DNA of 64,000 nucleotides, from IMG/VR virus record IMGVR_UViG_3300030620_000001. One strand, given 5' to 3'. The notes beneath the pieces are model-generated. The model did no database searches. It saw nothing but the letters and a program-made list of their open reading frames with translations, and was not told the DNA's origin. Within the stretch, counting starts at the first letter, position 1, and the number at the start of each line of letters is the position of its first letter. Made by a program: the position numbers and the translations under genes. Of this stretch, positions 33,920 through 41,287 are shown one piece after another. This DNA is from a virus.

Positions 33920-35113
33920 TCAGGCAAAAGAGTCTATGATTCGTTTGCTAATCCACTCGGCAACCGGAACGGCCACTGCATTGCCTAGCATCCGATAACG
34001 GGCCGAGTCGCTGATTTCCTTGCCGTCGTCTGCGTAGCGTGTCCAGTCGTCGGGGAAGCCTTGGAGTCGCTCGCATTCGCGCGGCGTAAGGCGACGGACT
34101 GCCATCTGGTTTCCTGCAAAGGTTCCGTCTTCGCTGGCGTCGTGGCCTTCGGCGCTTATGGTGTGAGTAATTAACTGACCGCATTCAGCGGCTTGCTGCG
34201 TCGTCATCGCGTGACCGTGTTCGCTGCTATGCGCCGCCAGGGGGCCGACGATGAACGTGTCTTGATCGCACCCCATCCGCTGTCCCTCTCGCGTCGTGAC
34301 GCTTCGTGCGAGAGCCGGAACCAACTCTCCGCAACGGTCGGGTGTTCCCATGCCGCCGTCGCTCGCCTGCAATGTTCCCGCTACGATATTCACGTCGTCC
34401 TCTCTTCGCCTTCCAGGTTCGTTGACTCCGCTACCATTTGCAGAGCCGCGTGTAAGGCTGGCGGCAACTCTCTGCCCCGCTTCTCGGCTCGGCGGAGAAT
34501 CCCACGGCAGGCTTTCGCGCTCAAAAAGTATTTCGGCGGCACGTCGCCAGTCTCCAAGACATCCGACAATGAACACACGCTTGCGGCGCTGGGCGACTCC
34601 GAACCACTGAGCGTCAAAAACGCGGTACGCGGTCCCATACCCCAATTCCGAAAGGGCAGCCAGGACGGTTGAGAAATCACTTGTTTCTTCCAGTACCAAT
34701 TCCCGTCCGGGTCCCGGTCGCATGTCCAGCGAACTCGGCGTGTCGCCACTCCAACTTGACAAAAGGCCGGGGACGTTCTCAATACAAACCCCGTCGGGAG
34801 CGAATTCACGGACGATGCGCATGAACTCGAAGAACAGTCCGCTTCTCTCGCCAGCCAATCCAGTACGTCGTCCAGCCACCGATAGGTCCTGGCAGGGGAA
34901 TCCTCCGCAGATCCAATCGGGTCGAACAAGGTCTGCTGTTGTAACGCGTCGGACATCGGTTCCTCGCTTCAAATCGAGACGGTCGAAGTGCCGCCGCAAA
35001 ACAGACGTGCATGTGTCGTCAATTTCAACCTGCCATTCGCAACGCATTCCAGATCGCTCAAAGCCGAGGTCAAATCCGCCGATGCCGGTGAATAAACTGC
35101 CAAACTTCAACAT
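33920..35113 (-). CDS. dcm: DNA (cytosine-5) methyltransferase
   Basis: FGSLFTGIGGFDLG (motif I), GGFPCQDLS (IV), ENVPGL (VI), QRRKRVFIVG (VIII), TPRECERLQGFPDDWT and GNAVAVPV (X). Confidence 0.9.
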   Translation of the reverse strand: MLKFGSLFTGIGGFDLGFERSGMRCEWQVEIDDTCTSVLRRHFDRLDLKRGTDVRRVTTADLVRPDWICGGFPCQDLSVAGRRTGLAGERSGLFFEFMRIVREFAPDGVCIENVPGLLSSWSGDTPSSLDMRPGPGRELVLEETSDFSTVLAALSELGYGTAYRVFDAQWFGVAQRRKRVFIVGCLGDWRRAAEILFERESLPWDSPPSREAGQRVAASLTRGSANGSGVNEPGRRREDDVNIVAGTLQASDGGMGTPDRCGELVPALARSVTTREGQRMGCDQDTFIVGPLAAHSSEHGHAMTTQQAAECGQLITHTISAEGHDASEDGTFAGNQMAVRRLTPRECERLQGFPDDWTRYADDGKEISDSARYRMLGNAVAVPVAEWISKRIIDSFA

Positions 35114-35186
35114 GCCGCATTACGCCTTTCGATCCGATCAACCGCAGCCATCAGCGTCCAGCGGCTGCTTTCAAGCGTCGGGGTGG

Positions 35187-35327
35187 TCATTCGCTGTTCT
35201 TTCTCACGAAATCAGCCAGCTCACGGAAGTGCAGCGAGTCCAGGCGGTCGGATGCCTCAAGTTCCTCAACCAACTGCAGCCCTTCCGAGACTCGCCGCTG
35301 GCGTTCGGGGATTGGGACTCGTTTCAA
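35187..35327 (-). CDS. Possible small ORF (46 aa) upstream of methyltransferase
   Basis: TTG start 1 nt after the upstream stop. Its stop overlaps a further 27-aa ORF (35190..35107), which overlaps the dcm start. Weak evidence. Confidence 0.2.
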   Translation of the reverse strand: MKRVPIPERQRRVSEGLQLVEELEASDRLDSLHFRELADFVRKNSE

Positions 35328-35328
35328 C

Positions 35329-35592
35329 CTAATCTAGCCCGGTCCCTGCCGGTGCCGTGCGGAAAATCGCTGCAAGCTGCTCAAATGCTCTTGCGATTGC
35401 CTCCCGCCGCTCTTGCGACTTCGGCAACCAGAACGTAACCGCACTGCGGTCATCGTCGGCCGGCGGGTGGTGAAGCAGCGGCGATGAATGCAAGATCAAC
35501 TGTGCCGCATGGTACACAATGCCGGTGTTGCTTTCTTTTTCAACCTGAATGACTTCGCTTGTCAATTCCTGACTGTAAACATTGATTCGCAT
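35329..35592 (-). CDS. Hypothetical protein (87 aa)
   Basis: ATG at 35592 is preceded by AGGAG (35605-35601). The track ORF extends to 35634. Confidence 0.45.
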   Translation of the reverse strand: MRINVYSQELTSEVIQVEKESNTGIVYHAAQLILHSSPLLHHPPADDDRSAVTFWLPKSQERREAIARAFEQLAAIFRTAPAGTGLD

Positions 35593-35637
35593 GGCCGTCG
35601 CTCCTGCTTTCGTTCGGGTATGGGGACTCTTCATTCG

Positions 35638-35967
35638 TCACTCTACATCCAACAGGTCTAGCGTTTGCCCAGCGAACTCGTGGGTGCAATCACCGAGGAA
35701 CTGCACGCGACCATCATTGATGAACGAATGGCAAATATGCTCGCCGTGTTCATCGCCGCCTCGCGTCAACACGGACGGTTTTACGGTTGGTCTGTCGATG
35801 CTGCCATTCCATGTCCAGTTCGGCGTGCCGCGTCGCGTGCCGCCGATCATCACGGGAAGAATGCGGTTCGGCAACGGACCTGGTAAATGGAGCAAAATGT
35901 GTGTTGCATCCGACGAGTTGCAAGGCTCGTAACCGCTAGGTGTTGCCCGTAAAGGTTTCGCTTTCAT
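35638..35967 (-). CDS. DUF6527-like small phage protein
   Basis: NWTWNGSIDRPTVKPSVL ... CHSFINDGRVQFLGDCTHEFAGQTLDL matches the W.FNG....PT..PS ... CH.F...G...FL.DC.H..AGQ signature recalled for this family. Confidence 0.55.
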   Translation of the reverse strand: MKAKPLRATPSGYEPCNSSDATHILLHLPGPLPNRILPVMIGGTRRGTPNWTWNGSIDRPTVKPSVLTRGGDEHGEHICHSFINDGRVQFLGDCTHEFAGQTLDLLDVE

Positions 35968-36004
35968 TGCTGACTCGGCTGGCGTTCACGGATTGGGGCT
36001 CGTT

Positions 36005-36214
36005 TCATATGTCGTATTCTCGGCCGACACCAATCAACACCTTGTCGGCTTTGCCATCGAGAATTTGTTGGACCATTTGAAACACGCCTGGGTTCTGGCG
36101 CAACTTCATGGCCAAGTTGTCAAACACGTCCGATTCCGTATCACCCGGCTTGCGAATCCCCGCCTCCATGCAGTTCCGAGTGATTTCAAAATGAACAAAG
36201 TATCTTCGTTTCAT
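36005..36214 (-). CDS. Hypothetical protein (69 aa)
   Basis: Track ORF in the minus-strand operon. Confidence 0.4.
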   Translation of the reverse strand: MKRRYFVHFEITRNCMEAGIRKPGDTESDVFDNLAMKLRQNPGVFQMVQQILDGKADKVLIGVGREYDI

Positions 36215-36355
36215 GGCTTCTCCTGCAAAAATAGGTCCGCGTCGCGAAATTAACCAGCAGTAGCTTTTAGTCGCAGTCTGGACGGCTCTCGTTTGGCCAC
36301 GGCACGCTCCTATCGCACCGCATTGCGATGCCGTGCCGCACGCAGACCTAGTTCG

Positions 36356-36652
36356 TTAATCCGGTGCCCGTTTGTCAAGAGGCTCTAGTTCGTAGTCTTC
36401 CAGTTCCTCCGCCGACAACCGCCGGCGATATCTCACGCCGAACGGCTTGTTCCCGCACGGCAAGTCGGGTCCGCCTGGACAACTCATGTTGCGACCGGTC
36501 TCGATCAACTCCCAACCGGGAGCGTCGCGAATTTCGGTGGGCGGCGCGTCGGGGCATAGTCGTAGCAATTCATGCGTGTTTGCTCCTAAATTCTTCAACG
36601 TGATCCCTGACTTGCGAATCCTGGCTGCCCCGAAGCAATCCGCGGTCCCCAA
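36356..36652 (-). CDS. Hypothetical protein (start uncertain)
   Basis: The track ORF overlaps the 3' end of 36570..37079 by 83 nt. The true start may be internal. Confidence 0.3.
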   Translation of the reverse strand: MGTADCFGAARIRKSGITLKNLGANTHELLRLCPDAPPTEIRDAPGWELIETGRNMSCPGGPDLPCGNKPFGVRYRRRLSAEELEDYELEPLDKRAPD

Positions 36653-37079
36653 TCACCAGCGATGAAATCTCTTTGCACGCCTGTTTGAGAATGCGTTCCA
36701 TCGTGACAAACAACTTCTCCCCTCCCAGGTAGTTCGCGTTGCTGGAATTACAGGTGCAGCGTGCAACAAAAAGCAGGCTGGCGATAAGTTTATCCGCATC
36801 GTCCACCCTCAGTTCGGCAAACGCTTTTTTGTTCCGAACCAGGGCGACGTAGGAGTCGTGATTTTGGACTAGCGCCTCGATCAAGTCTCCCAAGTCGCTA
36901 CCGTCCGGCCATAGCTTCCAGCAGATCGAGCCCAGCCGGTTCACGATCGCATCGTTGATCGAGTTCGACTTGCGAAGTTCGGTAATGGTCTCGTGCAGCT
37001 CTTTCAGTTCGTCGCGGTAGGCTCCGATTTCACTTCGGAGCCAGTCGATTTCCTGCTGCTTCGTTTTGAATTTTGCCAT
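36570..37079 (-). CDS. Hypothetical coiled-coil protein (169 aa)
   Basis: Track ORF with the N-terminal heptad-like segment EIDWLRSEIGAYRDELKELHETITELRK. Confidence 0.55.
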   Translation of the reverse strand: MAKFKTKQQEIDWLRSEIGAYRDELKELHETITELRKSNSINDAIVNRLGSICWKLWPDGSDLGDLIEALVQNHDSYVALVRNKKAFAELRVDDADKLIASLLFVARCTCNSSNANYLGGEKLFVTMERILKQACKEISSLVIGDRGLLRGSQDSQVRDHVEEFRSKHA

Positions 37080-37109
37080 GTTAAACCCTCCCGGTTTTCG
37101 ATTGTCACA

Positions 37110-37550
37110 CTAATCATTTAGCAACTCCTGCGTTGCTATCTCGCACGCCACATCCTCATTCCACGCCAACTTCTCCGCAGGAAGTTCGTCCATGTACTCC
37201 TGCATGTATAGTGCGTTGAACCGAACGATGTTGTTTGGCGACTTGTGACCACAGACCCATCCCTTCGGACCCCAGTGATGGCCGAGTAGTCTTTGCCGTG
37301 AACTGCCAGGATCGCCATTCATCGTTAGGTAGATCCAGTCCCGGCCCTTTGCGATCGTTTCGCTGATGTGCGATTCGAGCTCCTCTCGATTCATGTCGTC
37401 CTCCGGTCCTGTCTCGTCAGTCGGCCTGACCAGCGTGGGCCTCGGCGTTTCAGGGCGTTTGTAGCGGTCATCGAATCCTTTTTTCACCATTCGGTTGCGG
37501 CTGTGCCGGTCAGCGTGAGTTTGCCGGTTTTCCAATTCTTCATCGCCCAC
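37110..37550 (-). CDS. Hypothetical protein (146 aa)
   Basis: Track ORF in the minus-strand operon. Confidence 0.5.
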   Translation of the reverse strand: MGDEELENRQTHADRHSRNRMVKKGFDDRYKRPETPRPTLVRPTDETGPEDDMNREELESHISETIAKGRDWIYLTMNGDPGSSRQRLLGHHWGPKGWVCGHKSPNNIVRFNALYMQEYMDELPAEKLAWNEDVACEIATQELLND

Positions 37551-37584
37551 TGGATAATTGAACCCGCTTTACAGGACTTTATTT

Positions 37585-37788
37585 ATGTCTGAACAACAAT
37601 CTGTGCGATGGCGACTTTTCGTCAAAGACAATGAGCCGTTCACGGTGTCAGCCGCCGGGTCGGCCTCCGTTGTCAACGGTGCGGCTGTTTTTTGTAACGA
37701 ACATGCCGAACCGGTGTGCATCGTTCCGCTGGCGGAACTACGCGATGCCATCCGCATCGACGCCCTTGTCTTGGAAGTAATTGATTAA
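37585..37788 (+). CDS. Possible small ORF (67 aa) in gap of minus-strand operon
   Basis: ATG without a clear Shine-Dalgarno sequence. Overlaps the 3' end of 37738..37953(-). Confidence 0.2.
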   Translation: MSEQQSVRWRLFVKDNEPFTVSAAGSASVVNGAAVFCNEHAEPVCIVPLAELRDAIRIDALVLEVID

Positions 37789-37953
37789 TTCTTTTGCCAC
37801 TGCGCTGTCGACCGCAAGGCGGCTGCCGTCAGTCAGTACGACCGTGGGTTGTGGCACTGCGCATGCCGACACGCACACGATTTCGCGGGGGTCGATTACC
37901 AATGATCCAAACCGCTTCAGCTTTCGACCGTGTATGGAGTTAAACATGACCAA
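37738..37953 (-). CDS. Hypothetical protein (71 aa), first gene of leftward operon
   Basis: Track ORF. It diverges from the Xis-like gene across a 230-nt control region. Confidence 0.45.
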   Translation of the reverse strand: MVMFNSIHGRKLKRFGSLVIDPREIVCVSACAVPQPTVVLTDGSRLAVDSAVAKELINYFQDKGVDADGIA

Positions 37954-38145
37954 ATCCTTTCTGTGAAGTAAACGGCGGAGGTTTTTTGGCTGCTGGCCGG
38001 TGCCCGGTTCGCCGGCGTTTGTTCTCGCAAAACCGCCGGTCAGCAGCCTATTGAAACAACGTAAATCGAAAATCCCCGGCTGCGGGTACCGGTAACGGCC
38101 CGGCGGTCAGCATTTGAACCGTGGAACAGCCGGGGCATTTTCCGC

Positions 38146-38173
38146 TTGCAATTCTCCAAATGTTTTGTACGAT
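38146..38173 (+). promoter_or_regulatory. Candidate rightward promoter
   Basis: TTGCAA-16 nt-TACGAT, ending 9 nt before the ATG at 38183. Confidence 0.3.
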
Positions 38174-38182
38174 AGCGGAGTT

Positions 38183-38401
38183 ATGTCTACGATGTCAAGT
38201 CTCAAAGGCTATCTGACGGCCGCTGAAGTCGCGGAAATGAAGGATCTGGACCATAGCCAGATTTGCCGCTACTGCCAGCGCGGTGACCTGCCGGCAATTA
38301 AGGTCGGCAATCAGTGGTTTATCCGCGAATCTGACGCCCGCAACTTCGATCCGCCACCTCGCGGAAACCCCAATTTTCGCACCGCCAGTAGCACTTCCTA
38401 G
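38183..38401 (+). CDS. Excisionase / MerR-type HTH DNA-binding protein
   Basis: YLTAAEVAEMKDLDHSQICRYCQRGDLPAIKVGNQWFIRESD fits the Xis/HTH_17 pattern (LT..E.A....S...I.R....G.LPA.K.G..W.I...D). Confidence 0.65.
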   Translation: MSTMSSLKGYLTAAEVAEMKDLDHSQICRYCQRGDLPAIKVGNQWFIRESDARNFDPPPRGNPNFRTASSTS

Positions 38402-38429
38402 GCGGGCTGGAAATTTTTCTTTTTTGGGG

Positions 38430-38457
38430 TTGCAATTATCAATACACTTGGTAAATT
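38430..38457 (+). promoter_or_regulatory. Candidate promoter upstream of the pentanucleotide arrays
   Basis: TTGCAA (38430-38435)-16 nt-TAAATT (38452-38457), flanked by the inverted GCAATT/AATTGC pair. Confidence 0.35.
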
Positions 38458-38575
38458 GCTGGGCGTTGGCTACGAATAAGCAGTCAAAGCGTTTCCTAAA
38501 TCGAATGCACTTCTAGCCGCCTCTTGCGGCGCGGGGTGCCCCAAACTTTCGGACAGACATTCGCCGTCTTGCATT

Positions 38576-38757
38576 GAGGCCAGGCCCGGCAAGGCCCGGT
38601 CCGGTCGGGCGGGGCTTGGCTGGGCAAGACACGGCAAGGGGACCAATGGTCCAGGAGGAGAGACAAAGCAAAGCGGCAGGGCTAGGCCGGGCAAGGCTGG
38701 GCCAGGCAAGGCCGGGCGTGGCATGACAAGGTTCGGCAAGGGAGCCAATGGCTCATC
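38576..38757 (+). repeat. Left block of two NNGGC pentanucleotide arrays (units 38576-38655 and 38678-38757)
   Basis: Each unit has 13 in-phase 5-nt registers (for example gaggc caggc ccggc aaggc ...). They end GGGGACCAATGGTCC and GGGAGCCAATGGCTCAT respectively. The linker is AGACAAAGCAAAGCGGC. Confidence 0.9.
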
Positions 38758-38778
38758 ACTTTTTCAAGGAGAGACCCA

Positions 38779-39450
38779 ATGCGAAGTTATCAGTTTGAAC
38801 TCGTCGGACGGACACCGCTGCTGGTACACGCCGACGACATCGAGGGCGCAGACCGCTTGACAGAGTGGCGGAAAGACCCGGCCAACAAGAACTTCAGCAA
38901 GCCCGGAGACGATCGTTCGCCTCCGTGGACCTGGGCGACCTACCTCTACACCGACGGCATTTTGCTGGTCATCCCCAGCGACAACTTGATGGTCGCACTG
39001 CGATCGGCCGGCGCGCAGTTCATTTTGAAAAAGCAGAAGACGTTCAAGTCGCTGACACAAACCGGGCTGTTCATCCCCGAAGACATGCCGCTGTTGGTGG
39101 GCGGCAATCAGATCAAAAACGCGGACATTGAGGCGATTACGAAACTCGACACGTTCGTCCAGCAAGCCGAGGCGGCCAAGAAGCTCGGATTCAGCTTGTT
39201 TATGAAGCGGGCCAAGGTCAGCACGTCCAAGCACATCCGCGTGCGGGCGCGCATCGAAGACTGGTCGCTCAAGGGCGTGGTGCGCGTCATCAAAGATGAA
39301 ATCACCGAGGACATCCTGAGCAACATCTTCAAGATCGCAGGCGAGGATTACGGGCTGTGCGACTGGCGGCCAGGTTCGCCAAAAAGCCCTGGACCGTTCG
39401 GGACTTTCGAGACGCGACTGAATTTGATGAAGGAATCGAAGGCGGCGTGA
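38779..39450 (+). CDS. Hypothetical protein (223 aa) flanked by the repeat arrays; possible RAMP/Cas7-like features
   Basis: AGGAG Shine-Dalgarno sequence 7 nt upstream. FELVGRTPLLVH, VIPSDNLMVALRSAG and the Gly-rich C-terminus GLCDWRPGSPKSPGPFGTFE recall RAMP beta1, IPGSSLKGALR and the G-rich loop. Judged by eye only. Confidence 0.6.
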   Translation: MRSYQFELVGRTPLLVHADDIEGADRLTEWRKDPANKNFSKPGDDRSPPWTWATYLYTDGILLVIPSDNLMVALRSAGAQFILKKQKTFKSLTQTGLFIPEDMPLLVGGNQIKNADIEAITKLDTFVQQAEAAKKLGFSLFMKRAKVSTSKHIRVRARIEDWSLKGVVRVIKDEITEDILSNIFKIAGEDYGLCDWRPGSPKSPGPFGTFETRLNLMKESKAA

Positions 39451-39457
39451 AGATTAC

Positions 39458-39645
39458 TCGGCTTGGCCCGGCCTGGCTTGGCCCGGCCAGGCGCGGCTCG
39501 GCGTGGCCGGGTAAGGCATGGGAGCCAATGGCTCATGTGTGGACAACAAAACAAAGCGGCTAGGTAGGGCTCGGCATGGCCAGGCTTGGCTCGGCCGGGC
39601 AAGGCGCGGCTGGGCAAGGTTCGGCAAGGGAGCCAATGGCTCATG
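39458..39645 (+). repeat. Right block of two NNGGC pentanucleotide arrays (units 39458-39537 and 39561-39645)
   Basis: 13 and 14 in-phase registers. Both end GGGAGCCAATGGCTCATG. The linker GACAACAAAACAAAGCGGC is similar to the left-block linker. Confidence 0.9.
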
Positions 39646-39673
39646 GATACGAATTTCACGAAAGGAGTGAAAC

Positions 39674-40174
39674 ATGGCATTTCCAATTGCACAGAAAATT
39701 TTCATCGACGAGGAACTGAAAAAGCTACGGGAGGCGACGGCGGAACTGCCGCGCGACTCGATCGTGACATATCACGAAATTGAATCGCTGGTGAAGCTCA
39801 ACCGCAATGTCGAGGGCGACAAGGCAGCCTGGTCGAAGCTCATCCGCCACTGGAAGAGGCTCATGCTGGGCGAGCGACAAATCCACGTCAATGTGGAGAG
39901 GAACGTCGGCTACCGACTCTGTGACTACGCCGAACACATGGAGTGCGCCAAGAACATCGCGGCCCTGGGGCTGAAAAAGATTCGGCAGGCGAAGTTGGTT
40001 TCCGGCATCGTCGATCCAGCGGCGCTGAACGAATTAGGCCAAAAGTTTCAAGCGAGCCTGAACGCCGTGTGCGAATCGACCGAGACCGCGTATCGCGTCG
40101 AGTTCGCCAAGCACAAGTCGGTGCTGTCGAAAACAAACGCGCTGCCGAAGTTGGGCGTCAACGGAAGCAAATGA
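39674..40174 (+). CDS. Hypothetical protein (166 aa)
   Basis: AAAGGAG Shine-Dalgarno sequence. First gene after the right repeat block. Confidence 0.55.
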   Translation: MAFPIAQKIFIDEELKKLREATAELPRDSIVTYHEIESLVKLNRNVEGDKAAWSKLIRHWKRLMLGERQIHVNVERNVGYRLCDYAEHMECAKNIAALGLKKIRQAKLVSGIVDPAALNELGQKFQASLNAVCESTETAYRVEFAKHKSVLSKTNALPKLGVNGSK

Positions 40175-40189
40175 ACAACGAGATTCATC

Positions 40190-40417
40190 ATGCACCAGCA
40201 ACACCTAACCTACAGCCCGCAGCGCCGCCTCAACAAGCAGTGCCAGGCAATCCTGTCGCGGCTCAGAGAAGGTCCGGCAACGAACCGGGAGTTGGCAAAC
40301 ATCGCGCTGAAGTATACCAGTCGCGTATCAGATTTGCGCGACGCCGGCCACACGATCCGTTGCACGCGGAAGCGCGGCGGACTGACGGTTTACACGTTGG
40401 AAGGTGAATCGGACTGA
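40190..40417 (+). CDS. Winged-helix DNA-binding protein (75 aa)
   Basis: ILSRLREGPATNRELANIALKYTSRVSDLRDAGHTI is a typical wHTH segment. Confidence 0.5.
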   Translation: MHQQHLTYSPQRRLNKQCQAILSRLREGPATNRELANIALKYTSRVSDLRDAGHTIRCTRKRGGLTVYTLEGESD

Positions 40418-40434
40418 CCACGAAAGGCGACGCA

Positions 40435-40626
40435 ATGCATACTTACGAACCACTACGCGGCGAGAGCATTAGGAATGCCTGCGACCAGATGTATCACCTC
40501 GTCCTGGATCACGGCGAGACGGCGCAGATGGAATTCAACGGGGTGAAGGTTCTGATGACGAGAACAACGACCGAACCCGAAGAGGCAGGAAACCCCAGCA
40601 CGGACGCCGCGACGCACGGAAGCTGA
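40435..40626 (+). CDS. Hypothetical protein (63 aa)
   Basis: Track ORF. Confidence 0.45.
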   Translation: MHTYEPLRGESIRNACDQMYHLVLDHGETAQMEFNGVKVLMTRTTTEPEEAGNPSTDAATHGS

Positions 40627-40692
40627 CCGGATTATTATCGCGCCGCTGGGTCGGACCGACGCGGCGCTGGTTTTCACGACGGGAGAAATGGC

Positions 40693-41073
40693 ATGAAGCG
40701 CGAACAACTCAATCACTTCTGCCGCCTACTCGACAAGATCGCGGACCTTGTAGGGTGCGAGGCGATTAAGATGGTGTATTTCGGAATCGGCGGGCGCATC
40801 GAGCTGACCGAAGAGGCTTGGGAAATCGTCTGCGCGGGCAAGGATGTCGTGCCACGCAGAATCGCAGGGTCGATCGAGTATGGCGTCACGATTGGCGAGT
40901 GCTTGGTGTATTGGGAACAGTCGCAAAAGCGTGAGACGCTGCCGCCGCTGCCGCCCTCCTACACCGTTCCAGGCACTCCCCACGACTTCAGCTTCGACGA
41001 CCCCAGCGAACGAATCGGGGACGTACTGGGCGAGCAGACCTGTCAGGCGGCGACGGAGGCTGAACATGCCTGA
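40693..41073 (+). CDS. Hypothetical protein (126 aa)
   Basis: Track ORF. Confidence 0.5.
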   Translation: MKREQLNHFCRLLDKIADLVGCEAIKMVYFGIGGRIELTEEAWEIVCAGKDVVPRRIAGSIEYGVTIGECLVYWEQSQKRETLPPLPPSYTVPGTPHDFSFDDPSERIGDVLGEQTCQAATEAEHA

Positions 41074-41287
41074 GCGCCGCTACTGCGTCACGACTTACGA
41101 CATAGAGACGGAAGCGTACACGCCGCACGAAGGCTTGTCCGTTCCGAGTCAGAACGTGACTCTTGCTGGTTTGCTACGTGCGTTACGAGCGTTGCGTGAA
41201 TGGGGCTACGAGTGTACGCGACACGATTCGTCCGTGCTGGTTGAGCGAGTGGATTTTGCCGGGGCGGAAAGCGAGGTGCGCGCGTGA
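41066..41287 (+). CDS. Hypothetical protein (73 aa)
   Basis: ATG at 41066 with a GGAGG Shine-Dalgarno sequence, overlapping the upstream gene by 8 nt. Confidence 0.45.
   Translation: MPERRYCVTTYDIETEAYTPHEGLSVPSQNVTLAGLLRALRALREWGYECTRHDSSVLVERVDFAGAESEVRA

Noticed and set aside
37960-38110. Long imperfect inverted repeat GGCTGCTGGCCGG...CCGGTCAGCAGCC, considered as a terminator
   Set aside because: - It has a ~43-nt loop and one mismatch, and no T-run follows on either strand in the required orientation.
- It lies in the divergent control region, so it may be a protein-binding or structural site.
- I cannot support a terminator call.
38576-39645. Interpreting the four repeat units as a CRISPR array
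   Set aside because: - There are only four units, split into two pairs by a gene.
- The sequences between the conserved caps are themselves low-complexity NNGGC repeats rather than unique spacers.
- Unit spacing is about 100 bp.
- No cas1, cas2 or effector nuclease is present in the window.
38470-39705. Track ORFs reading through the pentanucleotide arrays (38470..38748-, 39348..39692-, 39357..39563+, 39454..39705-, 39586..39783+). They give Pro/Ala/Gly/Leu pentapeptide-like products such as PALPGPALPGLALP and MSHWLPC...
   Set aside because: - The repeat period is 5 nt, so every frame is visited in turn. The apparent 5-aa periodicity is a by-product of that.
- These ORFs have no Shine-Dalgarno sequence.
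- They run antisense into the 3' end of the well-supported gene 38779..39450.
- They differ in frame between otherwise equivalent units.
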